Source: Candidatus Eiseniibacteriota bacterium (GTDB lineage Bacteria; Eisenbacteria; RBG-16-71-46). Taken from it: a stretch of DNA of 64,000 bases. The translations under genes and the position numbers were made by a program. Position 1 is the first letter of the stretch; each line of letters opens with the position of its first letter. The stretch lies in contig CAVSAC010000014.1 of assembly GCA_963725865.1 (NCBI GenBank), positions 1,183,816-1,247,815 of the forward strand. The letters are read 5' to 3'. The notes beneath the pieces are model-generated. The model made no database searches, had not been told where the DNA came from, and saw nothing but the letters and a program-made list of their open reading frames with translations. Below, piece by piece: positions 19,592 through 30,261 of this stretch.

Positions 19592-20795
19592 TCAGTTCGA
19601 GATCACCGCGAGGATGTCGTAGAGCGCGTGGACCACGATCGCGACCGACGTGCTGGTGCGCGACCGGATGCCGCCGAGCAGCAGCCCGAACAGGAAGATC
19701 ACGAGCATTCCGAACCACGAGTACTGCACGTGCAGCGCGGCGAACAGCGCCGCCGTCAGCGTCAGTCCCAGCCGCGGCTGCAGCGCGCCGCGCAGCGTGA
19801 TCTCCTCGCCGACTCCGGCGGTGAGGCCGAGCAACACGGTCTCGATCGCGCCGAGGTCCTTGGACATCAGGGCGCCCATGTCGCGGTCGGCCGCCCACAG
19901 CGCGGGGAACCAGGCGTGCTGCAGCTGCTCGGTGCCAGCGTTGAGCACGAACAGCGCGCCGGCGCCCACCGCGGCCAGCAGCCAGTCGGCCGGCGAGAGC
20001 GCGGTGATGCCGAGCCGCTCGAGCGTGCCGCGCACTCCGCGCCGGACCAGGAAGCCGACCGCCGCGAGCGCGAGCAGCACCATGCCGGTCAACTGGCCGA
20101 CCAGCCCGGCGCGCGTGAACAGCGCGCCCGAGGTGTCGACGAAGTCCGCCAGCTTGTCGCGCAGCAGGACCGCGCCCGGCAGCGCCAGCAGCAGCCCCCC
20201 GGCCGCCAGCCGGGTGGTGAGCCGCAGCGAGTGGTTGGGCGGGTCCTCGCGGAACAGCCTCACGGTCAGCGGATCCACGAACGGCCGGAACGCCAGCAGC
20301 ACGCACACCCCGGCAGCCGCGATGCAGTAGCTCGTGAGCAGCGCGCGGGTCCCGAACGCCATCGGACCGCTGGAGGCGAGCGAGGCGGTCGCCGCGAACA
20401 CCAGCACCTCGGCCGCGGGCACCACCCAGGTCAGCATCCAGTAGAGCAGCGTCCAGCGGGGGTCGAGGTCGGCGGCCTGCGCGGCGATGAACAGGCCCGC
20501 GAGCGCCGCCAGCGCCGCGCCCTCGGTGAGGCCGAGTACCAGGCCGCCGACGCCGAATACCACCAGCATCGCGAGCCACACCCATAGCCCGCGTGCGGTG
20601 TCCGGACCGATCCGCGCGGGGAGCGCGAGCGGCCCCGCCGCGAACGGGTCCGCCGGGCCGGCGGCGGGCGGCGCGGCGGGGGCGAGGCGGGCGACGCGGG
20701 GGCGGCGCGGCGGGCGGCGAGGCGAGTGGCGAGGCCGCCTCCGCACCGGTGCCGCCCGCGATCGGCTGCGGGAAGGCTTGATTCCGCTCGTCCAT
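19592..20795 (-). CDS. CPBP (CAAX/Abi) family intramembrane glutamic endopeptidase (probable frameshift near 20700)
   Basis: GVGEEITLRG, LFAALH, VHALYD and multiple TM helices. The likely start MDERN has TATGCT 6 nt upstream. Confidence 0.85.
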
Positions 20796-20833
20796 CCAGC
20801 GAGCATAGGCAACCCATGAACGAGCGTCCACCC

Positions 20834-21079
20834 ATGAGCATCACGGTGTTGTTCTTCGCGCAGGCGCGCGAGCGCGCGGGTTGCGCCGCCACCGCGCTCG
20901 CGTTGCCCGCCGGCAGCACGGTGGCCGACGCGCTGGCGGCACTCGCGCGCACGCACGAGGCGCTGGCACCGCTGTGGCCGCATCTCGCGACGGCGGTCGA
21001 CGGCACGCTGACGCGGCCGACGACCCTGCTGCACGACGGCGCCGAGCTCGCGCTGCTGCCGCCCGTGAGCGGCGGATGA
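20834..21079 (+). CDS. moaD: Molybdopterin synthase sulfur carrier subunit
   Basis: ITVLFFAQARE ... ELALLPPVSGG with the C-terminal GG. Confidence 0.93.
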   Translation: MSITVLFFAQARERAGCAATALALPAGSTVADALAALARTHEALAPLWPHLATAVDGTLTRPTTLLHDGAELALLPPVSGG

Positions 21080-21873
21080 GCGCCGCGCGCGCGCGACGCC
21101 CGCGCGCGGCCACGCCCGCGCGCCCGCGCGGCGGCGCAGCAGGGGCGCGGCCGGGCGGTGATCGGCGGCGCGCCGCACGCGCTCCGGACACCGCGCCCGT
21201 GGTGCGCGTGCGGCCGGCCACCACCGCGCGGTGGGCGGACCTCGAGCGGCTGTTCGGCGCGCACGGCGCATGTGCGGGCTGCTGGTGCATGTGGCCGCGC
21301 GTCACCTCGCGCGAGTTCGCCGCCGGCAAGGGCGCGCCGCACCGCCGCGCGCTCAAGCGGCTCGTGGACTCGGGTCGGCCGCCGGGGCTGATCGCGTACG
21401 CGGGGCGCGAGCCGATTGGCTGGGTGGCGATGGCGCCGCGCTCGGAGTATCGGCGGCTCGCGACCTCGCGCGTGATGGCGGCGGTCGACGACACCCCGGT
21501 GTGGGCGGTGGTGTGCTTCTTCGTGGCCCGCGCGTGGCGCCGCCGCGGGGTCACGGCGGAATTGCTGGCGGCCGCGAAGTCGTTCGCCGCCTCGCGCGGC
21601 GCGGTCGCGCTCGAGGGCTATCCGTTCGATCCGCACGGCGCCGCGATGGCCGACGCGTTCGCGTGGCACGGGCTGGCGAGCGCGTTCGCGAGCGCGGGCT
21701 TCGCCGAGGTCGCTCGCCGCTCGCCGACGCGCCCGGTCATGCGCTGCACGCTGGCGCGACCACGCGCCGCCTCCTCACGCGGCGCGCGCGGCGCGGTCGC
21801 GGGTGGCGCCGGCCCCGCGCCGCCCGCCCCGACCGCGCGCCACGCACGCGCCGCGAGGCCCGAGCGTGGCTGA
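21076..21873 (+). CDS. GNAT family N-acetyltransferase
   Basis: CAGCWCM, GLIAY..PIGW, VWAVVCFFVARAWRRRGV, LEGYP. Confidence 0.85.
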   Translation: MSAARARRPRAATPARPRGGAAGARPGGDRRRAARAPDTAPVVRVRPATTARWADLERLFGAHGACAGCWCMWPRVTSREFAAGKGAPHRRALKRLVDSGRPPGLIAYAGREPIGWVAMAPRSEYRRLATSRVMAAVDDTPVWAVVCFFVARAWRRRGVTAELLAAAKSFAASRGAVALEGYPFDPHGAAMADAFAWHGLASAFASAGFAEVARRSPTRPVMRCTLARPRAASSRGARGAVAGGAGPAPPAPTARHARAARPERG

Positions 21874-22285
21874 GCTGACGCAGGCCCCGATCGACCCGGC
21901 GCCATTGCTGGCGGCCGCCGCGCGCGACGACCTGGGCGCGGTCGTGCTGTTCCTCGGCACCACGCGCGATCACCACGAGGGCCGCAAAGTGGTGCGACTG
22001 GAGTACGAAGCCTACGCGCCGATGGCGCTGGCGGCGCTCGGCGCGATCGAGCGCGCGGCGTGCGAGCGCTTCGCGATCGCCTCGTGCGCGATCGTCCACC
22101 GGCTCGGCGAGGTGCCGCCGTCGCAGGCGAGCGTGGCGGTGGTGGTGGCCGCGTCCCATCGTGGCCCCGCGTTCGACGCCAGCCGCTGGGCGATGGACGA
22201 GCTCAAGCGCTCCGTGCCGATCTGGAAGCGGGAACACTTCGAGGGCGGCGAGCCGCGCTGGGTCGAAGGTCACCCGATGGAGTAG
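21866..22285 (+). CDS. moaE: Molybdopterin synthase catalytic subunit
   Basis: GAVVLFLGTTR, LEYEAY, HRLG, HRGPAF, LKRSVPIWKRE. Confidence 0.95.
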   Translation: MAELTQAPIDPAPLLAAAARDDLGAVVLFLGTTRDHHEGRKVVRLEYEAYAPMALAALGAIERAACERFAIASCAIVHRLGEVPPSQASVAVVVAASHRGPAFDASRWAMDELKRSVPIWKREHFEGGEPRWVEGHPME

Positions 22286-22314
22286 CGCGACGCACGCGGA
22301 GTCGCGCCCGCCCC

Positions 22315-23355
22315 CTAGAACAGCCGGTACGTCACCGCGAGCGCGAGCGTCTGCTTGTACTGGCCCGCCTTGCGAGTGTTGCGGTCCAGCTCGCGCAGCG
22401 CGTCGGCGGGTGCGAGCGTGGGATCCACGTTCGCCGCGGCGTCGAACTTGTCGTAGACGAATTCGGCGTACAGGCTCACGCCCACGATCTTGGTGATTTG
22501 CGCGGTGAACTCGTTCTGGAAGCCCACGTCGGGGGCACGCCAGAAGTCCCGCACCGATTCGCGCGTGGCGCCCGGAGTGGCCTGCACGTAGTCCACCACC
22601 GCGCGGTCCACGGTCTCGAGGTCGCTCGACTTCGAGTAGAACACCGGCTGGAACACCAGCAGCCTGCCCTTGTAGAGCACCTTCTTCTCGAGCATCGGCT
22701 GCGTCGCGGTGGTCTGCCACTCGAACCCGCCGTCCTGGCTCGTGAACGAACGCTGGTTGCGCAGCACCGGATCCACCCACGCCTTCGCGAGCGTCTGGCG
22801 GAAGCCGAAGCCGAATCGCGTGAGCAGCTCGGCGGACTCGGTCTTCTGGAGCACGCGCGCGACGCCGGCGGCCTCCTTCAGCTTGATCGGGTTGAACCGG
22901 ATGGTGCCGATCGGACTGCTCTGGTCGGCGAACTGCGTCTCGGCGGCGAACGAGAAGTACGGATCGACGAACGTGTTCAGCGTCCAGCGGCTGTTCGACT
23001 CGAACGACAGCAGGTCCGTGGTCTTGTCCGGCGAGTCCCAGGTGTAGTGGTGGGCGTCGGCGGCGTCCGCCACCTGCCGCGTGGTCTGGCCGTAGGCGGC
23101 GTGCAGCGAGTTCTGCAGGTTGTAACGCGGGGTGAACTGCCGTTCGGCCGCGAGCTCCGCGCCGAGCACCCACACGATCGAGCCCTTATCGCCACCCTTC
23201 CAGTTCGTGCTGAACGAGGACTGCGTCAGGTTGAGCAGCGTGACCGCGCCGAACTTCCACGGCCCGGGCTCGGCCGGCTTGGGGGCGTCGGCGCGCGCGG
23301 TGGTGGCGACGAGCAGCAGGGTGGCGAACAGCGCGGCGAGCGGGCGGGCGGACAT
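22315..23355 (-). CDS. Outer-membrane beta-barrel protein (DUF3078-like)
   Basis: Signal peptide, LNLTQSSFSTNWKGG, C-terminal YRLF. Confidence 0.75.
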   Translation of the reverse strand: MSARPLAALFATLLLVATTARADAPKPAEPGPWKFGAVTLLNLTQSSFSTNWKGGDKGSIVWVLGAELAAERQFTPRYNLQNSLHAAYGQTTRQVADAADAHHYTWDSPDKTTDLLSFESNSRWTLNTFVDPYFSFAAETQFADQSSPIGTIRFNPIKLKEAAGVARVLQKTESAELLTRFGFGFRQTLAKAWVDPVLRNQRSFTSQDGGFEWQTTATQPMLEKKVLYKGRLLVFQPVFYSKSSDLETVDRAVVDYVQATPGATRESVRDFWRAPDVGFQNEFTAQITKIVGVSLYAEFVYDKFDAAANVDPTLAPADALRELDRNTRKAGQYKQTLALAVTYRLF

Positions 23356-23436
23356 CGGCGGAGCCTCCAGGCGGGGGGTGATCGTGCTTCGTGCGACGGG
23401 CCTCACCCGCGGGGTGCGGCCCCGACGGGCAGCACT

Positions 23437-24582
23437 CTAGCACTCGATGTCGCGCCGTGCCGCCCGCGCCTCGTCGCGGACGCCGGCATCCGCGTCGTGC
23501 GCGACCGCCGCGCTCAGCGCGGTGTCGATCGCCATCCGCGCGTCCATGGGTGCCCGGCGCGCGATCGCCCCGAGCGCCCACGCCGCGTGCCCGCGCACCA
23601 GCGGCGCGGGGTCGTCCCGCAGCGAGCGCAGCAGCGCGGGCACCGCGGCCGGCTCGCCGCGGTTGCCGAGCGCCACGCATACGTTGCGCACGAATCCCTC
23701 GCGGTCGGCGCGCCGGATCGCGCTGGCCGCGAACAGCGTGCGGAACGTGGACTCGTCGAGCGTGAGGAAGCGCTCCAGCGACCAGCCCTCGAGCGCGCGC
23801 GCGTGGAGCCGCGCGTCGCGCGCCGGCCGCGCGAAGCGATTCCACGGGCAGATCTCCTGGCACAGGTCGCAGCCGAAGATCCACTCGCCGATCGACGGCC
23901 GCAGCTCGCGAGGGATCGGCCCCTGGTGCTCGATGGTGAGGTACGAGATGCAGAGCCGGGCATCCACCTGGTAGGGCGCGACGATGGCGCGCGTGGGGCA
24001 GACCTCGAGGCAGCGCGCGCAGGTGCCGCAGCGCTCGCGCTCCAGCGGCGCATCCGGCTCCAGCGCGCGGTCCACCAGCAGCTCGCCGAGCAGGAACCAC
24101 GAGCCGAGCGAGGTCGACAGCAGCCCGGAGTGCTTGCCGATCCAGCCGAGGCCGGCGCGCTCGGCCCAGCCGCGCTCGAGGATCGCGCCGGTGTCGGCGT
24201 ACCACAGCGCGCGCGCGCCCGGCAGCAGCCGCGGGATCTCGCGCTCCAGCGTGCCGAGCAGATCCTCCATCACGCGGTGGTAGTCCTCGCCCGCGGCGTA
24301 GCGGGCGACGCGGCCGAGCCGCCGGTCGCGCGTGGGGTCCGCGTCGGGCGGGTGGCAGAGCGCCACGCACACCACGCTGCGCAGCTCGTGCAGCAGACGG
24401 GTGGGGTCCGCGCGCCGGCCGCGGTGCTGCTCGCTCGCGAGCCAGCGCATGTCGCCGTGGCGGCCGGCTGCGAGCCACGCCGCGTAGTGCTGCTGCGCGG
24501 CGAGTGGGGCGAGTGCGGCCACCGCGACGGCGTCGAAGCCCAGTTCGAGCGCGCGCGCCTTGATGCGCCGGGTGGGATTCAT
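23437..24582 (-). CDS. queG: Epoxyqueuosine reductase QueG
   Basis: ARYAAGEDYH, DTGAILER, GLGWIGK, CGTCARCLEVCPT, CISYLTIE, FGCDLCQEICPWN, C-terminal HEAT repeats. Confidence 0.95.
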   Translation of the reverse strand: MNPTRRIKARALELGFDAVAVAALAPLAAQQHYAAWLAAGRHGDMRWLASEQHRGRRADPTRLLHELRSVVCVALCHPPDADPTRDRRLGRVARYAAGEDYHRVMEDLLGTLEREIPRLLPGARALWYADTGAILERGWAERAGLGWIGKHSGLLSTSLGSWFLLGELLVDRALEPDAPLERERCGTCARCLEVCPTRAIVAPYQVDARLCISYLTIEHQGPIPRELRPSIGEWIFGCDLCQEICPWNRFARPARDARLHARALEGWSLERFLTLDESTFRTLFAASAIRRADREGFVRNVCVALGNRGEPAAVPALLRSLRDDPAPLVRGHAAWALGAIARRAPMDARMAIDTALSAAVAHDADAGVRDEARAARRDIEC

Positions 24583-24598
24583 GCCGCCGTGCGGCGCG

Positions 24599-25615
24599 TC
24601 AGCGCGTGCTGTCCGCGGGCGCTCCGCGGCGCGCGGGCGCACGGCGCTCGGCGGGAGGCGCGTTCCGTCCGCCCGGAGCCGGGCCGAACGGCCGCACGAC
24701 GGTCACGTTCGCGGGCGCCGGGGCGCCCGATTTGGCGCGCTCGCGCGCCTCGTCGGCCGCGCGCACCGCGGCGCGCTGCGCGGCGAGCCGCGCCTCATGC
24801 TCCGCGCGCACACTGTCGCGCGCGGCGCCGTCGCGCGGCGCGGGCGCCTCGCGGCGACCCACGTCGCCCCTGCCCTGGCGGGTCAGGGTGCCCGGGGGCA
24901 CCACGTCCTCGACCCGCGCGCGAGTCACCGGTCCGACGCGGCGCTCGAACCACTCGAGGCGCGGGCCGGCCTCGAACTTGACCCCGTCGCGCTCGAGCGT
25001 GTTGTCGATCGGCTTGAGGTCGGCGAGCCGCTGCTGGATCACCGGCGGCTTCACCACCTGCGCGCTCAGGTCGGTGGACGTGAGGGCGCCGACCGGCACG
25101 AAGTGATAGCCGGGTGTATTGAAGCCGCTCGTGACCGCGCCGAGCGGCGCCCAGCCGATGTAGTCGGCGTCGCCCACCCACTGCACCCACGCCGGCGCCC
25201 ACTGCACGCCGGGCACCCACACCCAGCCCTGGAAGCGGTCGTTCATCCAGCGGCCGTAGTGATCGGTGGCCCAGCCGAACGGATCCGCCGACACCCACAC
25301 CCAGCCCCACGTGTCGCTCGGCACCCAGTAGCCGTTCGTGTACGGCTCCCACGCCACGAAGTTCACGTCGGGGCGGAACACGTACCCGTACGGTTCGATC
25401 AGCGCCCAGTCGCCGAGCCCGTCGAGCATGTCGTAGAACACGCGGTATTCGGGCTGCATGTTCTCGCGGATCGGGGAGTTCCACGCGCGGTCGGCGAGCG
25501 GCGGCGGCGCGGAGCTGGAGAGCGACGACCCGCCACCGCTGACCGCGCAGCCGGACAGCGTGATCGCCAGCAGCACGGGCACCGAACGAGTTGCGGCACG
25601 GACGAGTCGGTGCAT
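24599..25615 (-). CDS. Lipoprotein with Trp-rich repeat domain (DUF6600-like)
   Basis: LSGC lipobox; WEPYTNGYW, WVWVS..PFGWATDHYGRW, WVWVPG..WAPAWV. Confidence 0.8.
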   Translation of the reverse strand: MHRLVRAATRSVPVLLAITLSGCAVSGGGSSLSSSAPPPLADRAWNSPIRENMQPEYRVFYDMLDGLGDWALIEPYGYVFRPDVNFVAWEPYTNGYWVPSDTWGWVWVSADPFGWATDHYGRWMNDRFQGWVWVPGVQWAPAWVQWVGDADYIGWAPLGAVTSGFNTPGYHFVPVGALTSTDLSAQVVKPPVIQQRLADLKPIDNTLERDGVKFEAGPRLEWFERRVGPVTRARVEDVVPPGTLTRQGRGDVGRREAPAPRDGAARDSVRAEHEARLAAQRAAVRAADEARERAKSGAPAPANVTVVRPFGPAPGGRNAPPAERRAPARRGAPADSTR

Positions 25616-25808
25616 GGATGGCCTCCAGATGCGGTGGGAGCAGCTCGCGGGCGCAAGTCTCCGGCGCGCGGATGGCGGCGTCAAGGCGAGCGCGGGAGCG
25701 ACGCGTCCGCGCTGCCCGCCGACCCGCGGGGCTCGCACCCCGGTCTACCCCGCTGACGCCGCGCCGGGTCCGCCGCACACGCTCCTCATCGGCGCTCCTC
25801 ATCGGCGC

Positions 25809-25838
25809 TTGTCAGCGCGACGCGGTCCCGGCTATCCT
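25809..25838 (+). promoter_or_regulatory. Sigma70-type promoter of the rsgA leader
   Basis: TTGTCA-N18-TATCCT about 250 nt upstream of rsgA. Confidence 0.55.
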
Positions 25839-25895
25839 CGTGCCCGTCGCCGCCCGCATGGTGCGGGCGCGCGATCGATCAGGAAGGAGCGAGAC

Positions 25896-25952
25896 ATGGC
25901 AGCCCTTGCCCACGACGCCCGTGCGTCACGCACCTTCCGCGCCCGCGCCTAG
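25896..25952 (+). CDS. Putative leader peptide (MAALAHDARASRTFRARA)
   Basis: Strong RBS AGGAAGGAG; 18-codon ORF located between the promoter and an intrinsic terminator. Confidence 0.6.
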   Translation: MAALAHDARASRTFRARA

Positions 25953-25973
25953 CGCCCGTCCTCGACGCGCCCG

Positions 25974-26002
25974 GCCGCTCCGGAAGGAGCGGCTTCTTCG
26001 TT
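25974..26002 (+). terminator. Intrinsic terminator/attenuator in the rsgA 5' leader
   Basis: GCCGCTCC-GGAA-GGAGCGGC followed by TTCTTCGTT. Confidence 0.7.
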
Positions 26003-26094
26003 GTCCGCCCCGCGTGACGCACGTCGCCCGCATCGTCCCTGGTCGCGCATTCGCGCGCCCGCCTCGATCCGCTCCGACGAAAGGCGTCGTCATC

Positions 26095-27165
26095 ATGTCG
26101 ATCCAGCATCTCGGTTGGACCCCGCGTCTCCAGGACGCGTTCAGTTCCCTGCAGGACCCCACGCTCGAGCCCGCGCGGATCGCGCGCGAGGACCGCGACC
26201 GCTACCTGGTGCTCGCCGCCGGCGGCGAGCGCTCCGCCGTGCTGGCCGGCCGGCTGCGTCACGAGGCGCAGGCGGCGACCGACCTGCCCGCGGTCGGCGA
26301 CTGGGTCGCGGTCCGCGCCGCTCCCGATGGCGACGCGGTGATCGTCGCGGTGCTGCCGCGCGCGACCGCGTTCGTGCGCGCGCGGCCCGGCGAGACGACC
26401 GACGCCCAAGTGGTGGCGGCGAACGTCGACACCGTGTTCGTGGTCGCCGGCCTCGACGGCGACTTCAACGTGCGGCGCCTCGAGCGCTACCTCGCGGCGG
26501 CGTGGGACAGCGGGGCCGCCCCGGTGGTGATCCTCAACAAGGCCGATGTCGCCGACGATCTCGACGCGCGCCGCGCCGAGGTGGAGGCGGTCGCGATGGG
26601 CGTGCCGGTGGTGGCGATCAGCGCGCGCGAGCGCGCCGGTCTGGAGGCGCTGGCGCCGTGGCTGGTGCCGGGCGCGACCGTCGCCCTGCTGGGCTCTTCG
26701 GGGGTCGGCAAGTCCACGATCGTGAACGCGCTGCTCGGCGAGGAGCGCCAGGCCACGCAGGAGGTGCGCCAGGACGACTCGCGCGGCCGCCACACGACCG
26801 CGTCCCGCGAGCTGGTGCCGCTGCCGGGCGGAGCGCTGCTGCTCGACACGCCGGGCATGCGGGTGCTGACGCCGTGGGCGGGCGAGGAGGGCCTCGACGG
26901 CGCGTTCGCCGACGTGGTGGCGCTGGCCGCGGGGTGCCGGTTCCGCGACTGCGGCCACGCCGACGAGCCGGGCTGCGCGGTGCTCGCGGCGGTCGCGGGC
27001 GGCGCGCTGGATCCGGCGCGGCTGGAGAGCTGGCGCAAGCTGCAGCGCGAGTTGCGGTGGCTCGAGCGGCGCCGCGACGCGCGGGCGCGCGCCGAGGAGG
27101 AGGCGCGCTGGAAGGCGATCATGAAGTCGATGAAGCACCACCCGAAGGCGAACCGGTGGCGATGA
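26095..27165 (+). CDS. rsgA: Ribosome small subunit-dependent GTPase A family protein
   Basis: PAVGDWV, QVVAANVD, RRLERY, NKAD, GSSGVGKS, GRHTT, DTPG, CRFRDCGH..EPGC. Confidence 0.95.
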   Translation: MSIQHLGWTPRLQDAFSSLQDPTLEPARIAREDRDRYLVLAAGGERSAVLAGRLRHEAQAATDLPAVGDWVAVRAAPDGDAVIVAVLPRATAFVRARPGETTDAQVVAANVDTVFVVAGLDGDFNVRRLERYLAAAWDSGAAPVVILNKADVADDLDARRAEVEAVAMGVPVVAISARERAGLEALAPWLVPGATVALLGSSGVGKSTIVNALLGEERQATQEVRQDDSRGRHTTASRELVPLPGGALLLDTPGMRVLTPWAGEEGLDGAFADVVALAAGCRFRDCGHADEPGCAVLAAVAGGALDPARLESWRKLQRELRWLERRRDARARAEEEARWKAIMKSMKHHPKANRWR

Positions 27166-27233
27166 GTCGCGCGGCCCCGAGCGCGGCGTGGGCGGCCGCC
27201 GGTGGGGTGCTCGCGGCAGGGTGGGGACCGAAA

Positions 27234-27259
27234 GGGAGCGGGCCGCGTGGCCCGCTCCC
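27234..27259 (-). terminator. Intrinsic terminator of the trxB/ETF-QO unit
   Basis: 11-bp perfect stem GGGAGCGGGCC/GGCCCGCTCCC with TTT following on the minus strand, between convergent genes. Confidence 0.65.
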
Positions 27260-27286
27260 AGTCTGTCGCGTGCCGCGTGCCGCGGC

Positions 27287-28979
27287 TCAGAGGTTCTGGT
27301 AGTCCGGCCCGCCGCCGCCCTCGGGCGTCACCCACGTGATGATCTGGTACGGGTCGGCGATGTCGCAGGTCTTGCAGTGCACGCAGTTCGACGCGTTGAT
27401 CTGCAACTTCAGCGCGCCGGGCTTCGCCTCGTCGGCGACCATCTCGTAGACGTTCGCGGGGCAGAAGTGCTGGCAGGGATTGCCGTACTCCTCGCGGCAT
27501 TGGGTCGCGCACACGCTGACGTCGGCGACCTTCAGGTGCACCGGCTCGTTCTCGTCGTGGTGGGTGCCCGACAGGTAGACGTCGGCGAGCTTGTCGAACG
27601 TCAGCACGCCGTCGAACTTCATCGGCGTGGGCTTGCCGCCCGGGTGGGCGTCCTTCAGCTTGCGCATGCGCTCGTGGCCGGCGGGGTTCGGCACGCGGTC
27701 GCGCAGCATCAGGTCCTTGCCGCCGAACACCATCGACGCGCCGACGTTCAGCATGCCGCTCCACAGCCCGTGCTCGAACGACTGGTGGAACGTGCGCACG
27801 CTCCACAGCTCCTCGCGCGCCCACGACGCCTCGACGCGCTTCTCGTAGCCGGCCAGCCGTTCCTTGGAGAAGTCGCCGGCCAGCAGGCACTCGAACAGCG
27901 TCTCGGCGGCGAGCATGCCGGACTTCATCGCCAGGTGGATGCCCTTGAGCCGGCCACCGTTCAGGAAGCCGCCACTGTCGCCGCACAACAGCAGGCCGTC
28001 GGCGGAGAGCTTCGGCATCGCCCAGTAGCCGCCCTCGGGAATCGCCTTCGCGCCGTACGCGACCGGCTTGCCGCCCGCGAGCAGCGCCCTCACCAGCGGG
28101 TGCGTCTTCACGCGCTGGAGGTTCAGGTGCGGGTCGTTGGTGGGATCCGGCGAGTCGAGCCCGGTCACGAAGCCCACCGCCCAGTGCGACTCGTCCATGC
28201 CGTAGATGAACCCGCCGCCGAACGTGTCGGTCGCGAGCGGGAAGCCCATGGTGTGGATCACGCGCCCCTTCTGCGCGCGCCCCGCGGGCACCTCCCAGAT
28301 CTCCTTCACGCCGGTGGCGTACACCTGCGGGTTCTTGCCCGACCGTGAGGCCGAACGAGGTCTCGAGCGACTTCGCGATCGTGCCGCGCGGGCCCTCGCA
28401 CAGCACGGTGGCCTTGGCGCGGCAGTCGGCGCCCATCTGGTAGTTCGGCTTGTGCGCGCCCTGCTTGTCGACGCCCTTGTCGCCGGTGCGCACGCCGGCC
28501 AGCCGCCCGGCCTCGACGATCGGCTGCGCGGCGGGCGTCTCGGTCACCACCAGCACGCCCTTCGCCTCGGCGATCCCGGCCATCCACTCGACCAGCTTTC
28601 CGAGCGAGACGATGAAGTTGCCGTGGTTCTCGAACAGCGGTGGCGTGATCGGCAGTCGCGTCTGGCCGCCGGCGGTGAGGAAGTAGACGTCGTCGCCAGT
28701 GACGGGCGCGGCGATCGGGCAGCCCTGCGCCTCGAAGTCCGGGATCAACTCGCGCAGCGCGCGCGGATCGAGCACCGCGCCCGAGATGCCGTGCGCGCCG
28801 ACCCGCGCGCTCTTCTCGAGCACCGCGATCGCCACCTCGTCGAGCTTCGTGCCGGGCGCGCCGGCCGCGATCGCCTGGTGGTGGCGCTCGATCAGGTTCG
28901 CGAGGTGGATCGCGCCCGCGAGTCCCGCGGGGCCCGCGCCGATGAACTGCACGTCGAACTCGAGAACCTCACGCTCCAT
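27287..28979 (-). CDS. Electron transfer flavoprotein-ubiquinone oxidoreductase (frameshift near 28340)
   Basis: [63 protein letters not shown]. Confidence 0.92.
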
Positions 28980-29024
28980 GTCCCGTCCTCAAGCGCGCCG
29001 CGGCGCGCCTCGTGTGTTCGGCGG

Positions 29025-30009
<985 letters not shown>

Positions 30010-30261
30010 GTGAAGGGAATGACAGGTGCGGCGATTCTAGTGCAGCGCCACGCACGGGGTGAAGGCGGGTGGTTCCGACCGTTGGATGCCGGACGGATGC
30101 GAAAGGACACGCCCGGCCCCTCCCGATCCCGAGGCAGGCGCGCACTCGACATCCCCCTGACCTTCGCGGGCGGCGGCGTCCCCGCGCGGCCCACCTCGCG
30201 GCGTCCTCGCGCAGCCCACGCCGCGGCGCGCCGCGCGTCGCCCGCGGCCTCCGCGCCGCGC

